This document shows, in pieces, positions 6,639 to 15,709 of a stretch of 22,231 nucleotides of DNA (position 1 is the stretch's first letter; every line of letters begins with the position of its first letter). Position numbers and translations under genes: made by a program. The DNA is taken from IMG/VR virus record IMGVR_UViG_3300048924_000203, positions 1 to 22,231 of that record; one strand, 5' to 3'. This stretch comes from a virus (Duplodnaviria > Heunggongvirae > Uroviricota > Caudoviricetes). The notes under the pieces were generated by a model, which was given only the letters and a program-made list of their open reading frames with translations, did no database searches and was not told the DNA's origin.

Positions 6639-6979
6639 TGCCCAGTGAACTTGTGGCCTGCCCCGGCTGTGGCCGGAATGTGTTGACCGCGTATGGCCAG
6701 TACAACCCGCACAACGGCGCGGAAGGTGTTGCGGGGGAGTGCTTCATGTCTCGCATGCCGATGCCAATCGTCGGACACGACGAAGAGTCAATGGAGGAGC
6801 GCGCTGCCATCGTCGCCGGCCTGGCCAGGCAGGTTCAGGACGAGGACCCGGCCGCTGTGTGGAAGTACCTGACCGCAGTCCCCGCGGTGTTCGTACAGGA
6901 GTTGCTGCAGGTCGCACTCGCCGGTCTTGACGTGGAAGGCAAACGGGTGAAAGACATCTGGGAAAGGTGGGCGGCATGA
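6635..6979 (+). CDS. Hypothetical actinophage protein (114 aa)
   Basis: ATGA-coupled; N-terminal CPGC. Confidence 0.7.
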   Translation: MMPSELVACPGCGRNVLTAYGQYNPHNGAEGVAGECFMSRMPMPIVGHDEESMEERAAIVAGLARQVQDEDPAAVWKYLTAVPAVFVQELLQVALAGLDVEGKRVKDIWERWAA

Positions 6980-7248
6980 ACGACACCAGAGTAGACCGGG
7001 TCGCTGCCGCAGTCGCGGAGGTCCAGGGACGCGGCGTCGACGCGAAGTACGCAGTACGAGTGCTGCACAGTGCTGTTGAAGAGTGGTCAGGGTTCGCGGA
7101 CGAGTTGCCTTGCGGTGACGTCGATGTGGCTCGTGTGGGGATTCTGCTGCGGAAGTCCCGTGGACGGTTCTCCGCCAACGACATCCCAGCTGCACACACC
7201 GCGCTGTCGGCGGCTCGCGATGCAATTCGGAAGGTGGCGGCACGATGA
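6976..7248 (+). CDS. Hypothetical protein (90 aa)
   Basis: ATGA overlaps at both ends. Confidence 0.65.
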   Translation: MNDTRVDRVAAAVAEVQGRGVDAKYAVRVLHSAVEEWSGFADELPCGDVDVARVGILLRKSRGRFSANDIPAAHTALSAARDAIRKVAAR

Positions 7249-8054
7249 CCGCGTCATTGACCAGCACCTGCGCCTGCGGACATGGAACGACGCACCACTT
7301 CTGGCATCAAGTCGCGTACACGCACTGCAAGGTGTGCCTGTCATGCGGTGGTGACGTCACGGACCGGCGCGGCTGCTGCCAGCGCCCGAAACGCTGCCCC
7401 TGCAACAAACCCACGCAGGAACCCACCCCCGACCCGCACGGCGACGTACCGGGCCCCAGCGGCAACGCCGACACGAGTACCGGCGATACGCAACCCAATC
7501 CAAACCCCACAGGGGACGAAACGAATCGAGGAGAAGTAGTGACTGATATGCACTCTGTCGCCCTACGGGCAGGCGTGTTCCATGTCGTCGAGCGCGAGGC
7601 CAAGGCGGCCAAAGAAGCCGCGAAGGCCGAACTGTCGGGGCTGCTGATGGCCGGCGACACCGTCGCAGGCCGGGTCGGCGACGAGATTCTGTGCAAAGCC
7701 TCGTGGTCGAAGGGATCGGCGCGGGTTGTCGTGACCGACGAGAAGGCATTCACCGCGTGGGTGAAAGAGAAGCATCCGACCGAAATTGTCGAGAAGGTGA
7801 ACGAGGCGTACGTCAAGTCGCTCAAGCAGATTGACGGCGTGCTGGTCGACGCGGCCGGTGAGATCGCACCCGGTATCGAGGTGAAGGTCGGTGACCCGTC
7901 GCTGTCGGTCCGGGCCGAGAAGGGCGCGTTGGAGCTTGTCGACAAGCTGATCGCGGAGGGGCGGGTTTCCCTTGGCGGGATCAAGGAACTGGTCACCGAA
8001 GCCGAGACCGTGGTCGTTGTGGAGGGCGAAGTGGTTGAGGGGAGTGACGTCTGA
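7245..8054 (+). CDS. Cys/His-rich N-terminus fused to a Gam/Gp157-like recombination accessory domain; possible internal start at 7539
   Basis: C-terminal VTDEKAFTAWVKEKHPTEIVEKVN...GEIAPGIEV pattern; directly upstream of the AAA ATPase; GAGGAG RBS before in-frame GTG 7539. Confidence 0.6.
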   Translation: MTASLTSTCACGHGTTHHFWHQVAYTHCKVCLSCGGDVTDRRGCCQRPKRCPCNKPTQEPTPDPHGDVPGPSGNADTSTGDTQPNPNPTGDETNRGEVVTDMHSVALRAGVFHVVEREAKAAKEAAKAELSGLLMAGDTVAGRVGDEILCKASWSKGSARVVVTDEKAFTAWVKEKHPTEIVEKVNEAYVKSLKQIDGVLVDAAGEIAPGIEVKVGDPSLSVRAEKGALELVDKLIAEGRVSLGGIKELVTEAETVVVVEGEVVEGSDV

Positions 8055-9049
8055 TGGCTCTCAAAACGAGGAAGCCGACGGGTATCCCGCCGTGGCCGCT
8101 GATCCTGATTGAAGGACCGGAGAAGTCGGGGAAGTCCTGGGCGGCAGCGCAGTTCACCGCATCGGAGCGGATCGGTAGCGCGTACTGGATCGACCTCGGT
8201 GAAGGCGCAGCTGACGAGTACATCGAGATTCCCGGCGCCAAATACGAGGTCATCGACCACGACGGTTCATGGTTCGACATCGTCGGACAGGTCCGCGAAG
8301 TCGAGGCTATCGCCGCCGCCTCCGAGAAGCCGGTGGTGCTGATCATCGACTCCATGACCGCCGAGTGGGACATGATCAAAGACTGGATCAGCGTGCGCGC
8401 CAAGGAATCCCGATCAGCGAAGAAGAAGCTGGCGGAGGACCCGAACGCTGAGATCAAACCGTCGATGAATCTGTGGAACGACGCGGCGAGTCGGCATTAC
8501 GAGCTGATGCGCATCTTGATGAAGTTCCCCGGCATCGTGATCATGACGGCGCGCGGCAAGGAGACCGCCGCGCTGGACGCTGATGGCAGGCCGATCGAGA
8601 AGGCGAAGGACTACCGGGTCGAGGGTCACAAAAACCTGCCGTACGACGCGTCGGTGTGGATGCGGTTGTCGCGTGACGATCATCCGCAGGTGATCGGCTG
8701 CCGGTCGGTGAAAGCTGGTGTGCAGCCGGGTGTGGATCGTCCGATCAAACGCGCTGACCTGACGATCGAGCATGTGGTGTTCGACGTCCTGGGCCTGGAC
8801 GTCGCAGTTACCGCGCCCCGTGAGCTGACTGACCTGGTAACTGATGAGTGGGCGATCGCTGAGTCTGCGCGCGCCGAGCTGGGCGCGTACATGAAGGCGC
8901 ACAAGATCGGCTACAAGCCGGTCGCCGAGCGGTTCGCCAAGGAGCACGAGGAAGACCTGGCGGAAACCCGAGATGTGCAGGCCATCCGGAATCTGCTGGA
9001 CGAGCTGAAGCAGGACGTGGCCGCCGCGGCTGAGGCGGTTCCAGCATGA
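8054..9049 (+). CDS. AAA/RecA-fold ATPase (AAA_24/Sak4-like recombination protein)
   Basis: Walker A GPEKSGKS; Walker B VLIIDS; TGATG coupling. Confidence 0.8.
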   Translation: MALKTRKPTGIPPWPLILIEGPEKSGKSWAAAQFTASERIGSAYWIDLGEGAADEYIEIPGAKYEVIDHDGSWFDIVGQVREVEAIAAASEKPVVLIIDSMTAEWDMIKDWISVRAKESRSAKKKLAEDPNAEIKPSMNLWNDAASRHYELMRILMKFPGIVIMTARGKETAALDADGRPIEKAKDYRVEGHKNLPYDASVWMRLSRDDHPQVIGCRSVKAGVQPGVDRPIKRADLTIEHVVFDVLGLDVAVTAPRELTDLVTDEWAIAESARAELGAYMKAHKIGYKPVAERFAKEHEEDLAETRDVQAIRNLLDELKQDVAAAAEAVPA

Positions 9050-9423
9050 CGGTGATCATCAACGCAGGGTCGCGGATCGGCGGTGAACCGCAGGGCTGGA
9101 CCAACACCATCGAGCAGGCGCGCAAGGAAGCGCGGGCGTGGCTGGACAGGATGACTGCCGAGGGCTTCACCGATGTTGTGCTGGTCGACACAGGCCGCGA
9201 AGAGGCCGGGCGTTGGACGTTCCTGTTCCACCACATCGTCACCGGAGTTGAGGTGCCGCTGCGCGTCCACGGGATCGACGACCTCGACGCATACAAGCGG
9301 CAGCACAAATTCGAGCCGTGTGTGTACTGGAAGGACAGCAGTAGCGCCGAACCGCAGCTCGATGATTTTGCCGCACATGGGTTCTCGAAAACCATGACGT
9401 TCGTGGCGGTGTCCGATGAGTGA
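9046..9423 (+). CDS. Hypothetical protein (125 aa)
   Basis: ATGA-coupled ORF with consistent codon usage. Confidence 0.7.
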   Translation: MTVIINAGSRIGGEPQGWTNTIEQARKEARAWLDRMTAEGFTDVVLVDTGREEAGRWTFLFHHIVTGVEVPLRVHGIDDLDAYKRQHKFEPCVYWKDSSSAEPQLDDFAAHGFSKTMTFVAVSDE

Positions 9424-9787
9424 CACCGGGTTTAGCCAAGAAGTGCGGGACCAGATCGACGGCCGGTCGATGGGCATCTGCGAAGTATGCGGCCACGGCC
9501 GAGTCGAGGAACGGCACCACCGCCGGCCACGTCGTGCTGGTGGATCGCGGCTGGCCGACACGAACACTGCGGCCAACGGTCTCGGGTTGTGCCGGGACTG
9601 CCACAGGATGATCGAGTCGCACCGCACGGTGGCGTTGTTGATGGGCTGGCTGCTGACCCAATACGCCTCCCCGGCAGTGAATTCGGTCGTGTACAGGGGC
9701 GAGAGGGTGTTCCTCACTGACGGTGGCGGTATCGCCGTGGCCGGTGTCGACCCGGCGAAATCGCGCCTGATCGGTGGTGCGGTATGA
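9416..9787 (+). CDS. HNH endonuclease
   Basis: CEVC...HHRRPR...NTAANGLGLCRDCH. Confidence 0.85.
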   Translation: MSDTGFSQEVRDQIDGRSMGICEVCGHGRVEERHHRRPRRAGGSRLADTNTAANGLGLCRDCHRMIESHRTVALLMGWLLTQYASPAVNSVVYRGERVFLTDGGGIAVAGVDPAKSRLIGGAV

Positions 9788-9981
9788 AACCCGAACTTCC
9801 TGAGCGGGTTCGTCGGCGGCGCCAGTTCCTGCGGCGGCACGTCTGGATCCTGTGGGGCTTGTCGCTGCTGTTGTCCGTGCTGGCGGCGATTCACGCTGTG
9901 CGTGGGTATCCGTGGATCGGTGCACTGTACGTCGCCGAAACGATCCTGATTCTCCTCGTGATCGTGGCGGTGACCGAATGA
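9784..9981 (+). CDS. Small two-helix membrane protein (65 aa)
   Basis: Basic N-terminus followed by two hydrophobic segments; ATGA overlaps. Confidence 0.7.
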   Translation: MKPELPERVRRRRQFLRRHVWILWGLSLLLSVLAAIHAVRGYPWIGALYVAETILILLVIVAVTE

Positions 9982-10541
9982 GCGCCGTCGACTATCACTT
10001 CCTGCCGGGCGTGAGCTTCACGCTCGACGGTGAAACCCTGCCGGCCAGTGAGTTGTGCTGGGCCATGATCGCGCCGTGCGGATGCATCTCGGCTGTTCAC
10101 ATGGTGACCGAGAACGCTGTCACGGAGACCGCGGCGTGGAAGGTGATGGCGGGTAGCGCGGCGGAACTCAAGCGCGACAAGGCCCGTGGATTCACGATCA
10201 AGATGGCCAAGGTCGACGCGGTCTGCCGGCTCCAAGATTGCCCGCATGATCCGAAGTGGGGATACGCGGATGCGCCTCGTCCGGAGGGCTATTCGTGGGC
10301 TGCGCATATGAATAGCCGGGTCCTCCACCTGGTCAAGCTCGAAGAGTCAGACGGTGAACGCGAGTGGGTTGAATCGGGCAGCGATGGCTGGCGCACGAAG
10401 GTCGCTAGTTTGTGCGAGAAGTCGGAAGAGATCGTTCGCGTTTGGAGCCGGAAGTGGTACCGCACGGACGGGAAAGTCGAATGCTCGCAATGTGTTAAGC
10501 GCGCTGAACGTCTGATCCGAGATGGCCAGGTGTCCGCATGA
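9978..10541 (+). CDS. Hypothetical phage protein (187 aa), Cys-containing
   Basis: ATGA-coupled start MSAVDYH; CGC and CSQC motifs. Confidence 0.7.
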   Translation: MSAVDYHFLPGVSFTLDGETLPASELCWAMIAPCGCISAVHMVTENAVTETAAWKVMAGSAAELKRDKARGFTIKMAKVDAVCRLQDCPHDPKWGYADAPRPEGYSWAAHMNSRVLHLVKLEESDGEREWVESGSDGWRTKVASLCEKSEEIVRVWSRKWYRTDGKVECSQCVKRAERLIRDGQVSA

Positions 10542-10972
10542 GCGAGCGCCGATATGTCTACCGTCTCGTGGTCGACAAGTGGCCGACCGACGATGGTCGC
10601 CCGTTCATCGATCAGCCGCTGCATTGGTGGGAGCGGCTGGCGGACGCACACCAGGGGCGAGAGCCAGGTTTCGTCCTCCCGTCGTGGCTGCCGGCCGATT
10701 TGACCCCTTACCTGCCCCGCCGTGGCGGCTTCGACTATGAGGGCTACCTAGACCCTCCGCCGTTCTGCCAGCGTGTTGGTGATCCCGGTGAGCCCCCCGA
10801 ACGCGACTACCCAGGGTCTCCTGGCTACGACGTCATCGCTGTCCCGCACGCCACGCCGCGGCGCCGGTTCCAGCGCGCCGGGCTCGTCGCGGCGGCCGAA
10901 CAGCTCCGCGCCTGGGGTTGCACGGCTCATGTGGAGCGTGCGGAACTCGGTGCTTGGGAGGCGATCCCGTGA
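10538..10972 (+). CDS. Hypothetical protein (144 aa)
   Basis: ATGA-coupled. Confidence 0.7.
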   Translation: MSERRYVYRLVVDKWPTDDGRPFIDQPLHWWERLADAHQGREPGFVLPSWLPADLTPYLPRRGGFDYEGYLDPPPFCQRVGDPGEPPERDYPGSPGYDVIAVPHATPRRRFQRAGLVAAAEQLRAWGCTAHVERAELGAWEAIP

Positions 10973-11271
10973 CCGGCCGTAAGTCGGCGACGATCCCGTT
11001 GCCGATGGAGCTGCCGGTATGCGAGATATGCGAGACAGCGGGCCCATGCGACTGCCAGGCGCTGATCGACGCCGAGCACCAGGCCGCGCGCGAGCTGCAC
11101 GACGCTGCCGGTGTCGGCGGCCCGTGTGGCTGCTGGCACCAGGTCGTCATCCACGAGGGCCATTGCTGCTTCCGGGACGACCCGACACCGCTCGACGAAA
11201 TCAGTGCCTGGCAGGCACCGATCTGTGGGCATTGGCCCGACTTCATCCAACGACCGGAGGTGACCGGATGA
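10969..11271 (+). CDS. Cys/His-rich hypothetical protein (100 aa)
   Basis: GTGA-coupled; CEIC, CDC, CGCWH, HCC motifs. Confidence 0.6.
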   Translation: MTGRKSATIPLPMELPVCEICETAGPCDCQALIDAEHQAARELHDAAGVGGPCGCWHQVVIHEGHCCFRDDPTPLDEISAWQAPICGHWPDFIQRPEVTG

Positions 11272-11642
11272 CCGGGGCGGAAGCGGCTCAGGCTGTTGCG
11301 GATCACCTGTGCGGATTCAACTACCAGTGGACGACCGAAGTTGAACTGCAGGAAGCGATCTGGGACGTGCTTCCCGCAGCGTTTCCAGCTGACCGTGAGC
11401 GCTCGCTGTCTCGACGCGACAGGCCCGACTTCCTCGTCGACGTCGACGGGTTCTCGGTCGCTATCGAGGTGAAGGTCGCAGGAGCACGCAACGCAGTTCT
11501 GCGGCAGCTCGGCCGCTACGCCGAACACGACCAAGTCGACGCCATCGTCCTCGCGTCCGGGCGGCGCGTTCTTGCCGCCGGAATGCCCGAAATCATCCAT
11601 GCCAAGCCTGTTTTGGCAATTCATCTTGGAGGTCGCCTGTGA
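11268..11642 (+). CDS. PD-(D/E)XK-family nuclease (124 aa)
   Basis: E...RPDFLV...AIEVK...QLGRY motif set. Confidence 0.75.
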   Translation: MTGAEAAQAVADHLCGFNYQWTTEVELQEAIWDVLPAAFPADRERSLSRRDRPDFLVDVDGFSVAIEVKVAGARNAVLRQLGRYAEHDQVDAIVLASGRRVLAAGMPEIIHAKPVLAIHLGGRL

Positions 11643-13354
11643 GCGCCGTTGGAACCATTCGCCGCCAAAAGCACTGGTGGATCATCACGGCCGAACCGCA
11701 CGTCATGATTCGACTCAAACGGCTACTGCCGGGTGTGTCGATCGCGAAGGCCGACTCTCTCGCTGTCACGGCCACAGAGGAGATGGCCCAGGAGATTCGG
11801 TGGGCGATGCAGCGCTGGACGTTTGAGATGCCTGACGCTGACCGTGCTGAGTTGGCTGCGAAGGCCCGATCGGCCGATGACCGTGAACTGCTCGTTGACC
11901 GTATCCGTTCTGGCACAGGGTTTCTGACTCCCGGTGTCGGCTGGCTGGGACCAGCGTCCCCGCTGCGGGACTATCAGCAGCTCGCCACTGACCTGACCAG
12001 GACGACCGGCGCCACACTGATCGTGGATGAACTCGGTCTCGGCAAGACCCTGATGTCCCTCGCTTTGTTGGAGGATCCTGCCGCCCGGCCGGGCGTCGCA
12101 GTGACGCTCACTGGTCTGCCGGGCCAATGGCTGCGCGAACTCAACAAGTTCTACCCGCAGCTGACCGGTGTTGAACTCAAAACCGGGCAGCCGGACAAGG
12201 AGTTGAAGCGGATCTTCAGGGGCGGCGAGCACGTCTCCTACGACCTGATCGTGCTGAACTACGCGAAGCTCGCCAACCTCGGCCCGGTGCTGGCCGACTA
12301 CGTGCACACGGTGATCTTCGACGAGATACAAGAGCTGCGCCGCACCGATTCACTGAAGTATCAGGGCGCGAAGAGCCTGGTGGCGAAGGGCGCCACTGTG
12401 TGTGGGCTGAGCGCGACGCCGGTCTACAACTTCGGCGGCGAGATGTACTCCGTGATGAACATCGTCAAGCCCGGATGTCTCGGTGATCGTGACGAGTTCC
12501 TGCGCGAATGGTCCGGGTCCGGAGGGGATATCGACTCGAAGGTCCGCATCAAGAACCCTGCAGCGCTGCGGTCGCACCTCACGCGGCGTGGTCTGTTCCT
12601 TCGTCGGACCCGTGCTGATGTCGGTATCCAGCTGCCGGCCATCGAGAGCATCGAGCAGCTCGTGCCGTCCGATAGCAACGTTCTGAATGAGTTGTCCGGC
12701 AACGCCATCGAGATGGCACGTCTCATCCTGTCGGCTGACTCATCGAACACGACGAAGTGGCAGACCTCCGCGGAGCTGGACTGGAAGATGCGCCAGGCGA
12801 CGGGAGTATCGAAGGCCCCGTTCGTCGCGGACTTCGTTCGGCTGCTGCTGTCCAGTCAGGAGAAAGTGCTGCTCCTGGGGTGGCATCGCAGTGTCTACGA
12901 CATCTGGATGGAACGGCTCAAGGAATTCAAGCCGGTGATGTACACCGGCACTGAGTCGGTGAACGCGAAAGGTCAGTCCTTCGAGGCGTTTACGAAGGGA
13001 GACGCCCGCGTACTGATCATGTCGCTTCGGTCCGGCGCCGGCCTCGACGGGCTGCAGGAGGTGTGCTCCACGCTGGTGTTCGGTGAGCTGGACTGGTCGC
13101 CTGGTGTGCACCGTCAGGCCATCGGTCGGCTCGGGCGGCCGGGCCAGACGAACGGTGTCCTCGCCTACTTCTGCGTGACGAAGGACGGGTCGGACCCGGT
13201 CATCCTCGACACGCTGAATATCAAGTCGATGGAGTCGGACAAGCTCATCGAGCCGGACATGAAGAACGGTGGATCGGCTATGGCTGTAGTGCCGTCGCAG
13301 CACATCAAGAAGCTGGCCGAGTCGATCTTGGCCTCTGCGAAGGCGAGTGCCTGA
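11639..13354 (+). CDS. SNF2-family (SF2) helicase/translocase, 571 aa
   Basis: Motif I DELGLGKT; motif II FDEIQ; motif III LSATP; motif VI QAIGRLGRPGQ. Confidence 0.9.
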   Translation: MSAVGTIRRQKHWWIITAEPHVMIRLKRLLPGVSIAKADSLAVTATEEMAQEIRWAMQRWTFEMPDADRAELAAKARSADDRELLVDRIRSGTGFLTPGVGWLGPASPLRDYQQLATDLTRTTGATLIVDELGLGKTLMSLALLEDPAARPGVAVTLTGLPGQWLRELNKFYPQLTGVELKTGQPDKELKRIFRGGEHVSYDLIVLNYAKLANLGPVLADYVHTVIFDEIQELRRTDSLKYQGAKSLVAKGATVCGLSATPVYNFGGEMYSVMNIVKPGCLGDRDEFLREWSGSGGDIDSKVRIKNPAALRSHLTRRGLFLRRTRADVGIQLPAIESIEQLVPSDSNVLNELSGNAIEMARLILSADSSNTTKWQTSAELDWKMRQATGVSKAPFVADFVRLLLSSQEKVLLLGWHRSVYDIWMERLKEFKPVMYTGTESVNAKGQSFEAFTKGDARVLIMSLRSGAGLDGLQEVCSTLVFGELDWSPGVHRQAIGRLGRPGQTNGVLAYFCVTKDGSDPVILDTLNIKSMESDKLIEPDMKNGGSAMAVVPSQHIKKLAESILASAKASA

Positions 13355-13818
13355 TGCGCGCGATCACCGTACGACAGCCCTGGGCCTGGCAGATCGTCAA
13401 CCAGCGCAAGAACATCGAGAACCGTACCCGGAACATCGCTGGCAAGTACCGCGGGCCGGTGGCGATCCACGCGGCACTCAAGGCTGATGAGGAAGCGCTG
13501 CGGCGACTCCCGCGGCGCGCGCCCGAATGGGTTACTGAGCCACGCGTTTTCGACTACGGCGTGTTCCTCGGCGTGGTCGACCTTATCGACGTCCACTACG
13601 CCCATTCCTGCTTGAAACGGCGAGAGGGCATCGCGTTGGTGGGGCCTCCAGAGCCCTGCTGTGAGCCCTGGGGTCAGCGCAGCGACGTCTACCACCTGGT
13701 GCTGGACAACCCGCGCCCTATCCCGCTGAAGGACCAATTCACCTACCGCGGCGCCCTCGGCCTGTGGACGCCACCCCCCGACATCGCCGACCGAATCAGA
13801 AAGCTGGTGGACGCATGA
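13354..13818 (+). CDS. ASCH-domain protein
   Basis: AITVRQPWAWQI...KNIENRT...YRGPVAIHA signature. Confidence 0.85.
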   Translation: MRAITVRQPWAWQIVNQRKNIENRTRNIAGKYRGPVAIHAALKADEEALRRLPRRAPEWVTEPRVFDYGVFLGVVDLIDVHYAHSCLKRREGIALVGPPEPCCEPWGQRSDVYHLVLDNPRPIPLKDQFTYRGALGLWTPPPDIADRIRKLVDA

Positions 13819-14492
13819 GCACCGTCGAAGAACAAAGAGCGTTCAAGTGGATGAAGGCGTCGACGCGGAACCATCAGATGACGATCATCCGCGACGACGG
13901 GCTGTACCGGCACATCCGATTCAAGGAGCCCGGCACCGGAATCTGGTGGTTCGACCTAGTCACCTGGCCGGGACACCTGGTCGTCACCGGTGATATCGAG
14001 GACTTCCACTTCGCTCGCATCGACGACATGTTCCAGTTCTTCCGCAAGCCGCCCGGATACATCAATGCGTCGTACTGGTCTGAGAAGCTGCGCGGCCCAG
14101 TCGATCCGAAGGTGTATCAGCCCGAGATCGCGAAGCGGATGGTGTTCGAGGAGTTCTGGGAACGCCGCGGCGAACACCCCGGCCAGGCCGCTGCGATCTG
14201 GCGGGCTCTCCGTTACCAGGTTCTCGACGACGAAACCCTGTGCTCTGAGGAGTCCGTGCACCGGGCGCTGAGCGGCTTTCGCTACCGGCTCTCCATTCCA
14301 GTTGAGCCGGAGAGTGACTTTGTCCCGCAACTCATCCCGCGCCGACACAGCGTGCTGTATCAATTCTCGGACACCTGGGAATGGGACCTCCGCGACTACG
14401 ACTGGCACTTCCTGGTGTCCCTGCATGCGATCGTCTGGGGAATCAGCCAGTACGACAAGGCGAAGAGCCTCACGGTTGAGGTGTCGGCGTGA
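13815..14492 (+). CDS. Conserved phage hypothetical protein (225 aa)
   Basis: HQMTIIRDDGLYRHIRF...FDLVTWPGHLVVTGD...IN.SYW.EKL pattern, recognised from diverse prophages; ATGA-coupled. Confidence 0.75.
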   Translation: MSTVEEQRAFKWMKASTRNHQMTIIRDDGLYRHIRFKEPGTGIWWFDLVTWPGHLVVTGDIEDFHFARIDDMFQFFRKPPGYINASYWSEKLRGPVDPKVYQPEIAKRMVFEEFWERRGEHPGQAAAIWRALRYQVLDDETLCSEESVHRALSGFRYRLSIPVEPESDFVPQLIPRRHSVLYQFSDTWEWDLRDYDWHFLVSLHAIVWGISQYDKAKSLTVEVSA

Positions 14493-14839
14493 TGGCCGGC
14501 GTAGCACGGGAAGTCAGAGCTGAGCGTCTGGCGCTGGTGAAATGCCTGACCGCACAGGGTTGGTCTGCGTTCGCGATCGCCGATCGGCTCGCCGTTTCCG
14601 AGCGGAGTGTTGTCCGGTACCGACGCGAGGCAGGGTGCGGGCAACCGGTAGCTCGTCACCTGACCGCCGCCGACGTCGCCACTGCCGGCGAGATGCTCGA
14701 CGACGGATGCTCGTATGAAGAGGTAGCGAGAACGCTCGGGGTTAGCGCCTGGTCCATCGCGGTGAGATACCCGGGTCGCAGTTGGACGCCGTCGCAGGTC
14801 TCGGCTTTCGGCAACCTGCACAAGAGGTTCCGCGCATGA
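14489..14839 (+). CDS. Tandem-HTH DNA-binding protein
   Basis: GWSAFAIADRLAVSERSVVRYR and GCSYEEVARTLGVS. Confidence 0.75.
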   Translation: MMAGVAREVRAERLALVKCLTAQGWSAFAIADRLAVSERSVVRYRREAGCGQPVARHLTAADVATAGEMLDDGCSYEEVARTLGVSAWSIAVRYPGRSWTPSQVSAFGNLHKRFRA

Positions 14840-15285
14840 GTGATGACCTGGTCACCCGCACGGAGAACGTGCTCGAAGGTGTCACTGAAGGGCCGTGGGA
14901 GGTCGTCTGGGAGACCGAAGAGGGCGAGTACGGCGGTGGAGCGCAGTACGCGTATGCGATCTACGGCCCGGCTGACCGCGCCACCTTGGACTCCGACGGG
15001 TGCAGCGACGACTACAAGGAGCGCTACGGGCACCAGATCACTGAGATCGTCGGCCTGTCGGACGCTGACGCTGAATTCTTCGCTGACTCAAGGCAGTTGG
15101 TGCCGGAGCTGCTCGCCGAGGTCAAGATGCTGCGCCGTGCAATGGGAACCATCAAGCGCAAAGCGGAGATCGGAGATAGCCAGACGAGCATCCCCAGCGA
15201 CGAACGAATGATGGGCGCCGCCAACAACAGATTCAAAACCATCCTGAACATCATCAAAGGAGTCGAGAACCATGAGTACCACTGA
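14836..15285 (+). CDS. Phage hypothetical protein, Ead/Ea22-like motifs
   Basis: TEGPW...DAEFFADSRQLVPELLAEVKMLR pattern. Confidence 0.65.
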   Translation: MSDDLVTRTENVLEGVTEGPWEVVWETEEGEYGGGAQYAYAIYGPADRATLDSDGCSDDYKERYGHQITEIVGLSDADAEFFADSRQLVPELLAEVKMLRRAMGTIKRKAEIGDSQTSIPSDERMMGAANNRFKTILNIIKGVENHEYH

Positions 15286-15709
15286 CGACCGCGACCGCGG
15301 CCTATACCGCAAGTACGAGCTGTATCGCGTCAAGGAAGACGACTCAGGGAACGTCATCGAGCACTACCAGGTGACTGATCCGTTCTTTGTGCTGCGCTAC
15401 ACCACTGATCCGCACGCGCGGGTGGCGCTGGAGGCGTACGCCGATTCGTGCGGCGAGGAGTATCCGGGACTTGCCGCTGATCTGTACCGCGCACTCGGTA
15501 TCAGAGTCGAAGTCGCCCAGGTGGATATCAGCACATCGCTGAGTCAGTACCTCGGCAAGCACTACCGCGGCCGATGGGTAGCGGTCCGGCATGGCCACGT
15601 CGTGGCCGCCGGTCACACGCTCGCGGAGGCGAAACAGAGATCTGAGGGTTACCCCGACGGACGGACCCTGCTCTATGTGCCGGAGTCCGGTGAGGACGAG
15701 AAGCGATGA
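15272..15709 (+). CDS. Two-domain protein: phage GLYRKY domain plus DUF5678-like C-terminus
   Basis: GLYRKY...FFVL...DPHARVALEAYA, then YRGRWVAVRHGHVVAAGHTLAEA...LYVP. Confidence 0.6.
   Translation: MSTTDDRDRGLYRKYELYRVKEDDSGNVIEHYQVTDPFFVLRYTTDPHARVALEAYADSCGEEYPGLAADLYRALGIRVEVAQVDISTSLSQYLGKHYRGRWVAVRHGHVVAAGHTLAEAKQRSEGYPDGRTLLYVPESGEDEKR

Noticed and set aside
7307-8260. Other long minus-strand ORFs here and at 4840-5727, 10833-11624 and 18056-18877
   Set aside because: Each lies antisense to motif-bearing plus-strand genes and has no independent evidence.
11268-13354. Restriction-modification or known defence system
   Set aside because: No methyltransferase motifs nearby; the genes are embedded in the coupled early lytic operon.
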